Assembly: GCA_035513495.1 (NCBI GenBank)
Contig: DATKCB010000306.1
Coordinates: 1-38,928 of the forward strand
DNA from: Planctomycetaceae bacterium
GTDB taxonomy: Bacteria > Planctomycetota > Planctomycetia > Planctomycetales > Planctomycetaceae
DNA: 38,928 bases
Direction of reading: 5' to 3'
The first letter of the stretch is position 1, and each line of letters begins with the position of its first letter. Position numbers and translations under genes: made by a program. A model generated the notes under the pieces. That model was given only the letters and a program-made list of their open reading frames with translations. It searched no databases and was not told the origin of the DNA. Positions 1 to 9,300 of the stretch are shown here, one piece after another.

Positions 1-16
1 TTGACCAATTTTGATG

Positions 17-40
17 TTGTCAAGTTGTCAACTTGTCAAG
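17..40 (-). repeat. Three tandem 8-nt units (TTGTCAAG TTGTCAAC TTGTCAAG on +; CTTGACAA GTTGACAA CTTGACAA on -)
   Basis: Read directly at nt 17-24, 25-32 and 33-40. It lies at the window edge, so the array may continue leftwards. TTGACA equals the sigma70 -35 consensus. Confidence 0.8.
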
Positions 41-96
41 TTCAGTAAACCTCGGGGAAAACGATCGAAAATCGCCGATTGTGAAGACCGCGCGCC

Positions 97-115
97 ATCA
101 AATTGATGACACTTT
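97..115 (+). promoter_or_regulatory. Degenerate copy of the ATCAAATTGA..ACACTTT motif (candidate operator or promoter element)
   Basis: ATCAAATTGATGACACTTT matches 24528-24546 (ATCAAATTGACAACACTTT) at 17 of 19 positions. ATCAAATTGAT is itself near-palindromic. Confidence 0.4.
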
Positions 116-153
116 GCATCGCAAAGCTTGTTTCACATTTCTCGGGGAGTGGA

Positions 154-169
154 TGTTGTCAATTTGATA
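154..169 (-). promoter_or_regulatory. Exact 16-nt motif TATCAAATTGACAACA (minus-strand reading)
   Basis: The + strand reads TGTTGTCAATTTGATA. Its reverse complement is identical to + strand 24527-24542. Confidence 0.6.
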
Positions 170-184
170 CACCTCCGATGGGGG

Positions 185-353
185 GGATAAAGTGTAAGGT
201 GGAAGAGTGGAAGGATTTGCGAGGAAGTAGGATGCAGGAAACAGGAAGTAGCCTCTGAAGGCTCCACGTTGAACCTTGAAAATTACACCTTGAACCTTAT
301 CTTTTGACATTCCCGATCTCCCCCGCTGTCCGCTTTCGGCTCTCCGCTTTCGC
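185..353. repeat. Intergenic purine-rich/pyrimidine-rich element, copy Y (related to 14834-14975)
   Basis: It shares AAGAGTGGAAGG (203-214) and AGGATGCAGG (229-238) with copy X, with the same 26-nt offset between the two blocks. It also has CCGCTTTC repeats (330-353). Confidence 0.55.
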
Positions 354-505
354 ATGCCACTACTCTACCCGACTATGTTGCGCAACAAGGGGGGAAGGTG
401 GCGGAGCGTCTCTGTTTTGGCGGGTTTCCTGAACAGCGTGTCGTGAAGGGGTGCCGGCTTGCGTAAAGAGAGGTGGGCATCCGAAGCAACTATGATCAGA
501 AGAAT

Positions 506-530
506 CCGAGTTGCAGAATCAGAGACTCGG
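506..530 (-). terminator. Weak hairpin just downstream of the thioredoxin-fusion gene stop
   Basis: CCGAGT (506-511) pairs with ACTCGG (525-530) around a 13-nt loop. The flanks are T-rich on both strands (ATTCTTCT on -, GTCAATTTTTTA on +). Confidence 0.25.
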
Positions 531-531
531 G

Positions 532-3378
532 TCAATTTTTTACCGGAGATGGTTCGGCTGCTTTCTCGCTCGGTGTTTCGAGCATCTCCGTGAGTGCGGC
601 TTTGAACTGATCGACGATGTTCTGTCCTCCGCCGATGTAGAGGCGGGCGACGGTGCCGTCTTTGTCGACGACAATCAGTTGAGGAATCGATTCGACCTGA
701 TACCTCCGGGCCACGACGCCGTCGCGGTCGAGCGCGACCTTGGGGGAGAGATTGTGGCGTTCCAGAACTTCCCTGACCTGTTCGGGCCGCTCTTCGAGAT
801 TCACCGAAATCAGTTGCACCTGTTCGGGATCGAACGATTTCATGGCGTCTTCCATCAGCGGCATGGTGAGCATGCAAGGACCGCACCAGGTCGCCCAGAA
901 ATCGAGCACGATGATTTTGCCCTGTGCTTCCGACAACACGAACTTTTCACCCGTCAACAACTCCAGTTGGAAGTCGGGGGCCGGTTTGCCGACGAACGCT
1001 GAAGCGCGACCGTCATCGGCAGATCCGCCTTCGGCAGCCTGAACGTAGAGAGGATCGGGAGCGGGAGTCAGCACCCACTCGTGAAACGGCAAATCCCGGA
1101 CCACGACTTCGATATGTCCGCCGAATACGATCTGGTCGATCGACGCCAGTTGAAAGCGGCACGCACCGATCACGTCGCTCGTTCCAATCACGCTCTCATC
1201 GCTGATTTCGCTCGGCACGAACGTCGATCGGTTGTCGCCAGCCAGAATCACCTGGACCTCGTGCAGTGATGGCGGTGCTGCAGACTCAACGTCTCTCTCG
1301 GCGATCAGCGGATCATCGGGACTACCGGGCGATGCTTCAGTTTTCTGTTGCAGCTTTTCGGGGTGGAGCCAGATGATGTGCGAAATGCGACTTAATGGAA
1401 TCGCGGACTCAGCCAGGTGCAGCTCAATGACCAGGCGCTCTTCGACGAGTGAATTCAGTCGACAGCGAAGGAAGTCGCCCCGATCCGAGTAAAGCAGATG
1501 CGTGGGAGGGGATGTTTTCTGATTGCGGGGCAGTGTGAGCAATCTCTGCTTTTTATCCTCATCGAGAGCGGACATTTTTTGCGATCGCTTGAGAATGAGG
1601 GCTTTGATTTTTTCGTGAGGAATCAGATTCACTTCGGCGGAAGAACTGTTGAAATGAACCCCACTTTCATCGATGCGATTCACTCGGCACGGGAGCATGT
1701 CACCGCTGATCAGATGAAGATCGTGCGGTTCTTCGTTCTTGGGCTGGACGGGTGGTGCCGGTTTGCCCGGTCCTCCCAGGAACAACTGGCCGAACTGTTC
1801 CAGCAGTCCCCGTTGTCGGGGGATCTCTTGAACCGTGACGGTCGTGGGAACCTCCTGAGACGGGGGTGTTCGTTCGCGGTAGACAATTCGTCCGGAGGCG
1901 GTCCGAGTCAGCGGACTCGCTGTTCGGCTGCTGTCGGGATGCCAGACGAGGCAACTCGCGTCGTCGGTGACAGTTGCCGGATCGAGATGTCCGGTTAAAC
2001 GATGGCCGCCGATCTCCAGATACCCGGATTTCGCCTGCGAGGAACTTGTCGTCTGCTCTTTCTCCGGTGCGCGAAAAGCGACCGACCGCACGAGCGCACA
2101 CTCGATTTGGATGGGATTCAGCAGGTTCGGGACTTGCAGTGACAAGTGACGATCGTCGATCGACAGCAATTCTCCGGAGATTCGCGTTTGATCCTGGAGG
2201 CTGAAGATCAGGGAAGACGTCGATGCTGATTGACTCGCAGCAAACTCCGCCATGACGACCTGGCCGAGAGCGAACGAAACGTCCCCGGACGGCGACAGAA
2301 CTGTGAGCTGCCGCGAGGAGCGATCGAACTTCTTCACTTGTCCCGAGATCAAGCGATCGTCGGCAAGCCGGAATCGAGAGGCGATCGAATCGGGCGTCAG
2401 CGGCAATGATCCATCCCAGCGGGCAACCCGCAATCGTTTGAGCCGAGTTTGCCCCGAGTGGTTGACCAGTGCAATCCCGGTCGTGCGCTCCCGCGGAGCT
2501 TTTTTCCCCTCTTCAACAGCCAGAGCAGCTTTTGACAGCAACTTGCCGCCGGGGAGGTAAACCAGAATCGAATCCGCCGTTTGATCCACGAAGACGATCA
2601 GCCGCACGTATTTGGCATCGCGATCGAGTTTTTGCAGTGGTTCGATCACTGCGACGTCGGGGCGTTCCCGGACGAGAATCAGTTGAGAATTCCAGGAGTC
2701 GAAACTCCAGCCGCGGGTATTGATCTGCTCTGCCGCCGGATCGACGCCAATCGCGAACGAAAAATTCGGGTCCTCGTCCCAGGTCAATTCAAATTCGACG
2801 ACCGCCTTGTCGGGAATCGCGAAATCGCCCGCGAGACTCGAGTCGGGCTTGAGAGCGATCAATTCCGTTCCTTCGGCCTTCCATTCCCCCTTGACCTTTT
2901 TCCAATCTCCCAATCCCGAGAGTCCCGAAAACAGGATCGCCGGATTTTCGTCGATCCGATCCAGGCGATGAACCGTCTGTTCTCGAATCCGCACACGACC
3001 GAACCGGGGAGACTCCAGTTCGATCACGCCATCGCTCCAGTCGATCAGTTTACCCGAGAGCAGATCACCGTTGTGAAGTTCGAGCGCGAACTCGCCTTCC
3101 ATTTTGAGGAGCGGATCGGCGGGAGGAAAATTGATCGATCCGATCTCCGGCAGCAGGAACTCGAACGGGCGGGTGAACGATTCTCCCTGCCAGGCAATCG
3201 CTTCTCCCGAGTCGATCGATCGAAAATTTCCCTTCGCACTCGACCCATTGCGCAACTGCAACACACCTGCGGGGGTATCGGATGTATCGACGAAGAGCGA
3301 TTGGGCACGAGTCGTCTGCGCGTGAGTTGTCATGAACAGCAGAATCGCAAGAAATGTACGGAACTCGATTCGCATCAT
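532..3378 (-). CDS. Secreted multidomain TlpA/ResA-like thiol-disulfide oxidoreductase (repeat modules + lectin-like insert + C-terminal thioredoxin fold)
   Basis: 948-aa ORF with a signal-like N-terminus (MMRIEFRTFLAILLFMTTHAQTTRAQS). The C-terminus has the redoxin motif FWATWCGPC (CGPC at nt 874-885) in a TlpA-like domain of about 140 aa. The ATG lies 2 nt after the upstream stop. Confidence 0.85.
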   Translation of the reverse strand: MMRIEFRTFLAILLFMTTHAQTTRAQSLFVDTSDTPAGVLQLRNGSSAKGNFRSIDSGEAIAWQGESFTRPFEFLLPEIGSINFPPADPLLKMEGEFALELHNGDLLSGKLIDWSDGVIELESPRFGRVRIREQTVHRLDRIDENPAILFSGLSGLGDWKKVKGEWKAEGTELIALKPDSSLAGDFAIPDKAVVEFELTWDEDPNFSFAIGVDPAAEQINTRGWSFDSWNSQLILVRERPDVAVIEPLQKLDRDAKYVRLIVFVDQTADSILVYLPGGKLLSKAALAVEEGKKAPRERTTGIALVNHSGQTRLKRLRVARWDGSLPLTPDSIASRFRLADDRLISGQVKKFDRSSRQLTVLSPSGDVSFALGQVVMAEFAASQSASTSSLIFSLQDQTRISGELLSIDDRHLSLQVPNLLNPIQIECALVRSVAFRAPEKEQTTSSSQAKSGYLEIGGHRLTGHLDPATVTDDASCLVWHPDSSRTASPLTRTASGRIVYRERTPPSQEVPTTVTVQEIPRQRGLLEQFGQLFLGGPGKPAPPVQPKNEEPHDLHLISGDMLPCRVNRIDESGVHFNSSSAEVNLIPHEKIKALILKRSQKMSALDEDKKQRLLTLPRNQKTSPPTHLLYSDRGDFLRCRLNSLVEERLVIELHLAESAIPLSRISHIIWLHPEKLQQKTEASPGSPDDPLIAERDVESAAPPSLHEVQVILAGDNRSTFVPSEISDESVIGTSDVIGACRFQLASIDQIVFGGHIEVVVRDLPFHEWVLTPAPDPLYVQAAEGGSADDGRASAFVGKPAPDFQLELLTGEKFVLSEAQGKIIVLDFWATWCGPCMLTMPLMEDAMKSFDPEQVQLISVNLEERPEQVREVLERHNLSPKVALDRDGVVARRYQVESIPQLIVVDKDGTVARLYIGGGQNIVDQFKAALTEMLETPSEKAAEPSPVKN

Positions 3379-3380
3379 GA

Positions 3381-4466
3381 TCAGCGTTCATAAATGGGGA
3401 GAAATCGGAAGTTCACCGCCAATGCCAACAGAGACAGCGGAGTGGACAATTCTTTGCCGTACGTACCGTTGAAGCTGCCGTCTGCAGACTGTTGCGCGCG
3501 AAATTGCCGGATCAGATCCTTGTTCCACTTCTGCCAGGAGTCGAAGTCCCCCTGAAAGAGTGCCTGCGCCTGATAGTAGTGCTGATACTCGAGTCCACCG
3601 TGTCCGGAACTTCCGCCGGTCAGCCGATCGGTGAGATATTTGAGAGTCGCTTTGTACTGCGGAAGATCCTTGCGTCGCGCGACTGCATAAACGAGCGTGC
3701 CGATCGAAATTCGGGCCATCGACTCATCGAAACCTCCCAGCCCGCCCGAATAAGCTACCTGTCCCGAGGGAGCGGTCATGCTGACGAAGTAGGCGATCGC
3801 CCGGTCGATCGAAGCATCGGGAACCTCGATGCCGGCGTTGCGCGCGGCGAGCAATCCGACGAGCATGGCCCCCGCGACCGAAGTATCCGCGTCCGACCCG
3901 CTGGGGGAATACCGCCAGGCACCGAGGGAGTTCTGCTTTTGAGAAGTGACGGCCGCCCGGACCGCCAGTTCGAGCGATTGACCGATCGTGAGATTTTTCT
4001 CACCGCTCCCTTCCGGCCAGAGGTTGCGGTCGTCGACCGCTCCGTAAGCCTCCGCCAGCCCCAGCATCGCGAATCCGTGATGATACATGCTGTTGCCGAA
4101 ATATCCCGTCGATTTGTCCTGTTCGGAGATCATACTTTTAATCGCTCGGCGAAGATTCCCCGCGTACAGACCGAAATTGGGATCCTCACCCGCAGCGAGA
4201 AAACACATCACAGCCATCCCCGTCACGCCGGGTCCCGATTGACTGCCCTTCCAGCTTCCGTTCTCCGTTTGAGTCTTGACGAGAAATTGCAGCCCGCGAT
4301 CGTACATTTCCCGCACGTCGCGCGGAACCGGATCACCGGTTCGGATCTCCGGAAGCTGCGCGTGCGACGTGGATTCGTTCGCAGGCAGTCCGATCAATAG
4401 TGCGAGAAAAAATGCGGGAACGATCTGGTTCCCCGTTCGCTTCGCCGAATTCGAGTTGGTCATCAT
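3381..4466 (-). CDS. Secreted prenyltransferase/squalene-oxidase-repeat (terpenoid-cyclase-fold) protein
   Basis: 361-aa ORF with a hydrophobic N-terminus (IVPAFFLALLIGLPANESTSHA). It has repeated Q-x-x-x-G-[SA]-W/F motifs (QTENGSWKG, QKQNSLGAWRY, QQSADGSFNG) typical of alpha/alpha-toroid prenyltransferase repeats. Confidence 0.75.
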   Translation of the reverse strand: MMTNSNSAKRTGNQIVPAFFLALLIGLPANESTSHAQLPEIRTGDPVPRDVREMYDRGLQFLVKTQTENGSWKGSQSGPGVTGMAVMCFLAAGEDPNFGLYAGNLRRAIKSMISEQDKSTGYFGNSMYHHGFAMLGLAEAYGAVDDRNLWPEGSGEKNLTIGQSLELAVRAAVTSQKQNSLGAWRYSPSGSDADTSVAGAMLVGLLAARNAGIEVPDASIDRAIAYFVSMTAPSGQVAYSGGLGGFDESMARISIGTLVYAVARRKDLPQYKATLKYLTDRLTGGSSGHGGLEYQHYYQAQALFQGDFDSWQKWNKDLIRQFRAQQSADGSFNGTYGKELSTPLSLLALAVNFRFLPIYER

Positions 4467-4523
4467 TCTGAATACTTCAGTCTATCGTGGCGGAGTCGGG
4501 AATCGCGAGGTCGGAACGTACTG

Positions 4524-5417
4524 TTATTCCACCAACAAACCTTCCCGGATCAAGACCTGACGATACGCTTGACCGCGATTGATCAGCGGCTTCATCACTT
4601 TCCATTCGTTTTCCAGAAAAATCGGTTTGAGTTGTTCTTCCGGGATTTTCGAGATTCGATACAGCACCATATAGACGTGATAATAGGAAACAACATCCAC
4701 TCGCAGGGGAGCTTCTTCGGCAAGGATCAGCTTCAGAAACTTCTCGCGCTGATCGCGGGTCAACGGGACCTCGTTCTCGATCAGAGCAACCGTTCCTCTG
4801 ACCATACTTTCGTATTGACGCTTCCGTCTCCCGCGTTCGAATTCGGCGTATTGACTCTGTTGTGTGGCATCGAGCACGTAGGGAACGGCCTTGGCAAACA
4901 ATGACTCGCGCGAGTGCAAACCGGCGGAGTACTTCTGACGGACCGGTTGAACTTTTTGATTGATCTCCTGATACTCCTCCATCGAGACGTTTCCGATCCG
5001 AATGGTCCGCCGAAGCGATTCGTACTCGTTAAAAAAACGATGAATGTCGCCGGCTCCCGCCAGTTCGAGTTTCGCTCGCTGTTCGGGGGTGAGATCGCAG
5101 GCCGCGACGATTAAATCGATCCGTGTTTGAATGATTTCCTCAAGTTCCTCCCGGACTCGATCGGTGGACTGCCGATTATTGAAGATCCAGGACATAATCG
5201 TCTGTTCGTTAATCTGGATCTCTCTGACCGGTTGGGCCAGCACCTGAACAGCGCCGAGATGCAGAGTCAGGAAAAGCAGCGCGACGAAAGCCAGAGCGAA
5301 CGCCCTCCTCGACGAATCAATCAGGCCGCTGGAAGCAACGCGTCCGACGATGCCTCGAACGAATCGGAATCGCTCGCGATCCGCTCGACCGACGGATGAT
5401 TCAGTCGCATCATTCAT
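4524..5417 (-). CDS. Membrane-anchored helical hypothetical protein with LTxxQ-like motifs
   Basis: I chose the ATG at 5417 (MNDATESS...), which overlaps the upstream stop by 8 nt (ATGAATGA). It has a TM segment (AFALAFVALLFLTLHLGAVQVLA) and the motifs DLTPEQRAKL, PLTRDQREKF and IPEEQLKPIF. Confidence 0.6.
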   Translation of the reverse strand: MNDATESSVGRADRERFRFVRGIVGRVASSGLIDSSRRAFALAFVALLFLTLHLGAVQVLAQPVREIQINEQTIMSWIFNNRQSTDRVREELEEIIQTRIDLIVAACDLTPEQRAKLELAGAGDIHRFFNEYESLRRTIRIGNVSMEEYQEINQKVQPVRQKYSAGLHSRESLFAKAVPYVLDATQQSQYAEFERGRRKRQYESMVRGTVALIENEVPLTRDQREKFLKLILAEEAPLRVDVVSYYHVYMVLYRISKIPEEQLKPIFLENEWKVMKPLINRGQAYRQVLIREGLLVE

Positions 5418-6369
5418 CGGCTGCCTCCTGCGAGTAGTCGTCGAGTTCTTCGAGCTGTACGCCGCCCCCCAATTGATCGAGTCCGATGTTTTGCGGCCAA
5501 CCAAAGGAAATCCTGGAATTCGTTCGGCTCTTTCCGCTCCAGATTTTTTTCTGACGTTCGTTCAGAACGGGTTCCAGATCGGAAACGTCCGGCAACGGGC
5601 AGTAATCCCGATACATGAAAGTTTGCAGATTCGAGGACCAGGAGGGTTTCGCCTGTTCGATCAGAATTTGAGTTACCTTGCCGTAGTCTTCGACCGAAAA
5701 CGACAGATTGTGATCGATGTGCATCGTCATCCACTCGCACGCGCCCCTGATGCGAGATGCGTCGCGCTGCCGCACCTCTGCGCGATAACGCTCGTATTTG
5801 TCCTGCGGAAGCACGTCGCCGGCCGATTTCAGCAACACATCGACCAATTGGCCGCGTGCGCCGTTCTCCTTGTTCTGGAATGCACCATGCTCGTTTCGCG
5901 ATAATTCCCCGGCCATCACGAGTAACTCGGCGCTTCCGGCGGTGCGAATCTTTTCGAGTTGCTCCGGCTCGGGATCGGCAACTTTACGGAGGAAGTGAAT
6001 TTCGATCGTCAGGACACGGTTCAGTGCAGGGAGATATTGTTGCAGTCGCGGATCCGCGTTTCCCAGGAGAGCACCTGGTCTCACTCGTTCCCTTGCTGGC
6101 GCAGCCGGTCCGATCATTCGTTCGATGGCTCTCGCGAACAGATTCCAGTCAGCTTTGTCGGCGTCGAGTTTCCGTTCGAGGGGTTCGCGTTCGACGAGAT
6201 CGGTTCCTTCGATTTTTCGTTCGAGCGGCGGTCGCTCGACCGATTCGACTCTCGTCTCGTCGTTGGCCATCGTCAATGACATCGTTGGGGGAAGCATTAC
6301 GAGCGTGAAAAACAGGATGAACAATAAGAAATTGTAACGCATCGCTTGGCGTTTCCTCCTCGCAGACAT
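5410..6369 (-). CDS. Secreted/anchored helical hypothetical protein, distant paralog of the downstream gene
   Basis: I chose the ATG at 6369 (MSARRKRQAMRYNFLLFILFFTLVMLPP, signal-like); the ORF track start at 6390 is TTG. It has the short tandem ERPPLERKIEG / EREPLERKLDA and the motifs PEPEQLEKI and LNERQKKIW. Confidence 0.6.
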   Translation of the reverse strand: MSARRKRQAMRYNFLLFILFFTLVMLPPTMSLTMANDETRVESVERPPLERKIEGTDLVEREPLERKLDADKADWNLFARAIERMIGPAAPARERVRPGALLGNADPRLQQYLPALNRVLTIEIHFLRKVADPEPEQLEKIRTAGSAELLVMAGELSRNEHGAFQNKENGARGQLVDVLLKSAGDVLPQDKYERYRAEVRQRDASRIRGACEWMTMHIDHNLSFSVEDYGKVTQILIEQAKPSWSSNLQTFMYRDYCPLPDVSDLEPVLNERQKKIWSGKSRTNSRISFGWPQNIGLDQLGGGVQLEELDDYSQEAADE

Positions 6370-6396
6370 CGATCGATTCCGGAAATTCAAATTGAC

Positions 6397-9300
6397 TCAC
6401 GGGCGGTCGATGCGATTGAAATACTCGTCGAGTCCCGCTCGAAATTCTTCGGGTAAGACCGGACCCGAATAGCCCGCAGACTGCTCAGTCCCCTGGTCTT
6501 CTCGCACTTCCTTCTGATTCACACCGCTCCCGACGAGCGCCAGTGCCGTTTCTTTCGTGTCGCCACCACCACCGCCACCCGGACTCGAACCACCACCTCC
6601 GCCACCGTTCGGATTGAATCGCTTCGACTGCAAGAGCAGTTCGATCGCTTCGGTCTCAACGGCGATTGCAGGAGCTCCTGTTTCGGGTGATTTCAAGATC
6701 CCGGTCGCTTCGGCCATCACGGGAGAAACCGCTCGCAGGAGTTTGATTTCCTTGCCGAAATCCGCTTCGGCATCGGGGAGTTCGAGGATTCGCAAGATGA
6801 CCTTGTCGATTCGATCCCGGAGGGAGTCCTGCGTTGCCGAGAGTTTTTCCGCTTCCTTCAGATGATCTTCCTTCGAGATCGCAGGCCGGGCCTGTTCGGC
6901 GACCCTCGTCTGTTCGCGCAGATTGACTTCCGCTTCGAGAATCTGCAGCACTTCGAGCACGATCGAGGGGGGGAGGCTTCCCTTCGATTTGCATCCGGGA
7001 CAGGCTCCGCATTTGGTGACATCGACCAGATTCTCGGCCCAGCGATCGAGCGATTCGCTCCAGTATTCCGCCTGCGAAATCGACAACCCGTTTTCCCGCC
7101 GCACGTCGTCGCTGAGCGTTCGCAGTCCGCTCACGACCTGTTCCTCGCGCATTTCATCGAGGACGTCCCTGAACCGCACGAACTGGCTCCGGTCGAAGTA
7201 CGCTTCCATGTCATCCATAATGTAGGAAACGACCTGACTGCTCTCCGCTTCAACGTCGGCCAGATTCTGAAATGTTTCCGACATTGTTTGTTTATCTGAG
7301 TCGGCGGCCCCGAACGCGTCGTTGACGAGCGTCCCGAGCTTTTTCGCCACCTGCTCCTGGCGGCGGGAGGACGCCTTGAGCCGCTTGACCAGCGTGCTCC
7401 CTTCGAGGTTGGCCAGAAGTTCGTTCAGTTCGTCGGCGATCTTTTCGAATTCCGCCAGCAGATCCTTCTGCTCTTTCACGGCCTCTTCCACTTTTTCTCC
7501 GGACGGAGGTTTCGGTTTCGAATCGCTCTTCGCGTTTCCTGCGAGCATCGTCGTCGGTAAGGTCAAGCGCGGTTGCTTGGGATTCGACTCGGTCGGTTCT
7601 TTCGGATCACCCGGCTTGAATTCGTTACGGGTCGATTCCACATCGGTAATCGTCGGGATCGCGCTGGGTGGGGCCGGCTGTTTTCCGGCTGTTTTGGGAT
7701 CTCCTCCTGAAACGTTTGACCGATTCTGTCCCGCGTTTTTCCCGAGATTGCTCTGGCTCGCCTGAGCGATTTGCGGAGCCTTGGCGGCTTCGCTCAACAG
7801 ATCGGCGACCGAGGGCATCCGGTTACCCGAGATGTCCTTCAGGATTTGCATCATTTCGGCCCAGCGGTCGAGATGTCCGACGCCGATTTCAGGATTTCGC
7901 ATCGCCTGTTTGAGCAGATCTTCTCCCGAGACAACGAGACCGGAGAGCCGGCGTCCGTTGGCGCGTTCGGCCGCGGCTTGAGTTTCGATTTGCTTGCGAA
8001 CTTCGGGACGATCGAGTTCCTCCGACGCCAAGTCGCGAAGTTCCTGATTGGTGTCGTGCAGGCGCAGTTCCCGGTCGCGAACATCCAGTGCCATCCGATG
8101 CCACCGGCTCAACTGCGATGTGATCCAGATCGCGTGTTGTTCGGGATCGAGTACGAATAAAACGCACGGAGGCGAATAGACTCGTTCGCGATCGGGAAGA
8201 TAGTCTTCCACGAAGACCCGCAGTTCCACCGGTTGAGGTGCGATCTCAAGCTGTTTGGCCGAGAATGTCCCCGCCAGATCGAGAATTTCCGCTTCGGGCG
8301 TTCCCGCCCCCAGAATTTTTTCTCCTTTAGCCGGAGCGACGAGATTCGGGTCAAGCCCTTTCCATTCGATGCCGACCCGCTTGACTCCGAAATCATCCCG
8401 GGCCTTGATCTGAAACGCGAGCACTTCGCTGTCGAGAACGATCTGTTTGCGCGGGAGATTTTCGCAGACCAGCGAGGGGGCTTCATCCTCTGCGGGAGTG
8501 ACCGCCAGCACAAACGGCTTGCGTCCGCTCAGTCCATATTCGTCGCGCCAGTCGATTTCCAATTGCAACGGGTCGGCGATGGAAATCGGTTGAGTGAGTA
8601 TCGAACGGCCGTTATGTGCCGTCTCCTGCCGATTGATGGACGCTGCGGATAAATCCCGCGAGATGGTGGCTTTGAAACTGGCCTTGCTCCCTTTGACTGC
8701 AGAAACTGCACCTCCCCGGATATCTTTTTTCAGCGGAGCTGTGCGCTTCAGATAATCGGGGAGTGTCACCTCGGCGGTCAGATCGACGAGTTCGGGTCGC
8801 AATTTCGGTTCGATCTTTGATTGGCCGATAAAGTCGCCGATGCGGATGTCGAGCACTCCCGGTTGAATCTGCCCCGGGAGTTCAAAGCGATAGGCGTCCT
8901 CTGTTCGGGGAGCGTTTACAGGCTTCAATCCGGTCAGCGTGACCTCTCCGGAGTCAGGTTTCCATTCAGAGTTTTCACTGAGTTTGAGGGGAACCTCGAA
9001 CGCTTCTCCGTGAGGCACGACGATCGTATCGGGAACCGACTCGATTGCGGCAAACGTGTATCGCGGCGTTTCCAACCAGGGGAGCAAGTAGCGTTTCCAG
9101 GCGTTGGAGGCGGCAGAAGTCGTCATCACCAGCAGACCGACCGCGACGATTCCCAGTGCGGCAGCCGTCCACGCGCGCTGCCGATGCCGGGCATTCGGCA
9201 CGGCGTTGTCCAGATCGCGCTCTTCCGCCAACTTTGCCACCTGACGAATCGCCGCCTCGACGAGGACGGGAGATCTCGCCTGCTCCGACTCGTTCTGTGA

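Noticed and set aside
98-355. 85-aa minus-strand ORF
   Set aside because: It spans the repeated intergenic element (copy Y) and the motif cluster. Its composition is driven by GAAAGCGG and CTTCC repeats, and the related copy X has no equivalent ORF.
365-1002. ORFs 365-886 (-) and 511-1002 (+) overlapping the 3' end of the thioredoxin gene
   Set aside because: They are alternative-frame or antisense ORFs. The 532-3378 frame carries the WCGPC redoxin domain exactly here.
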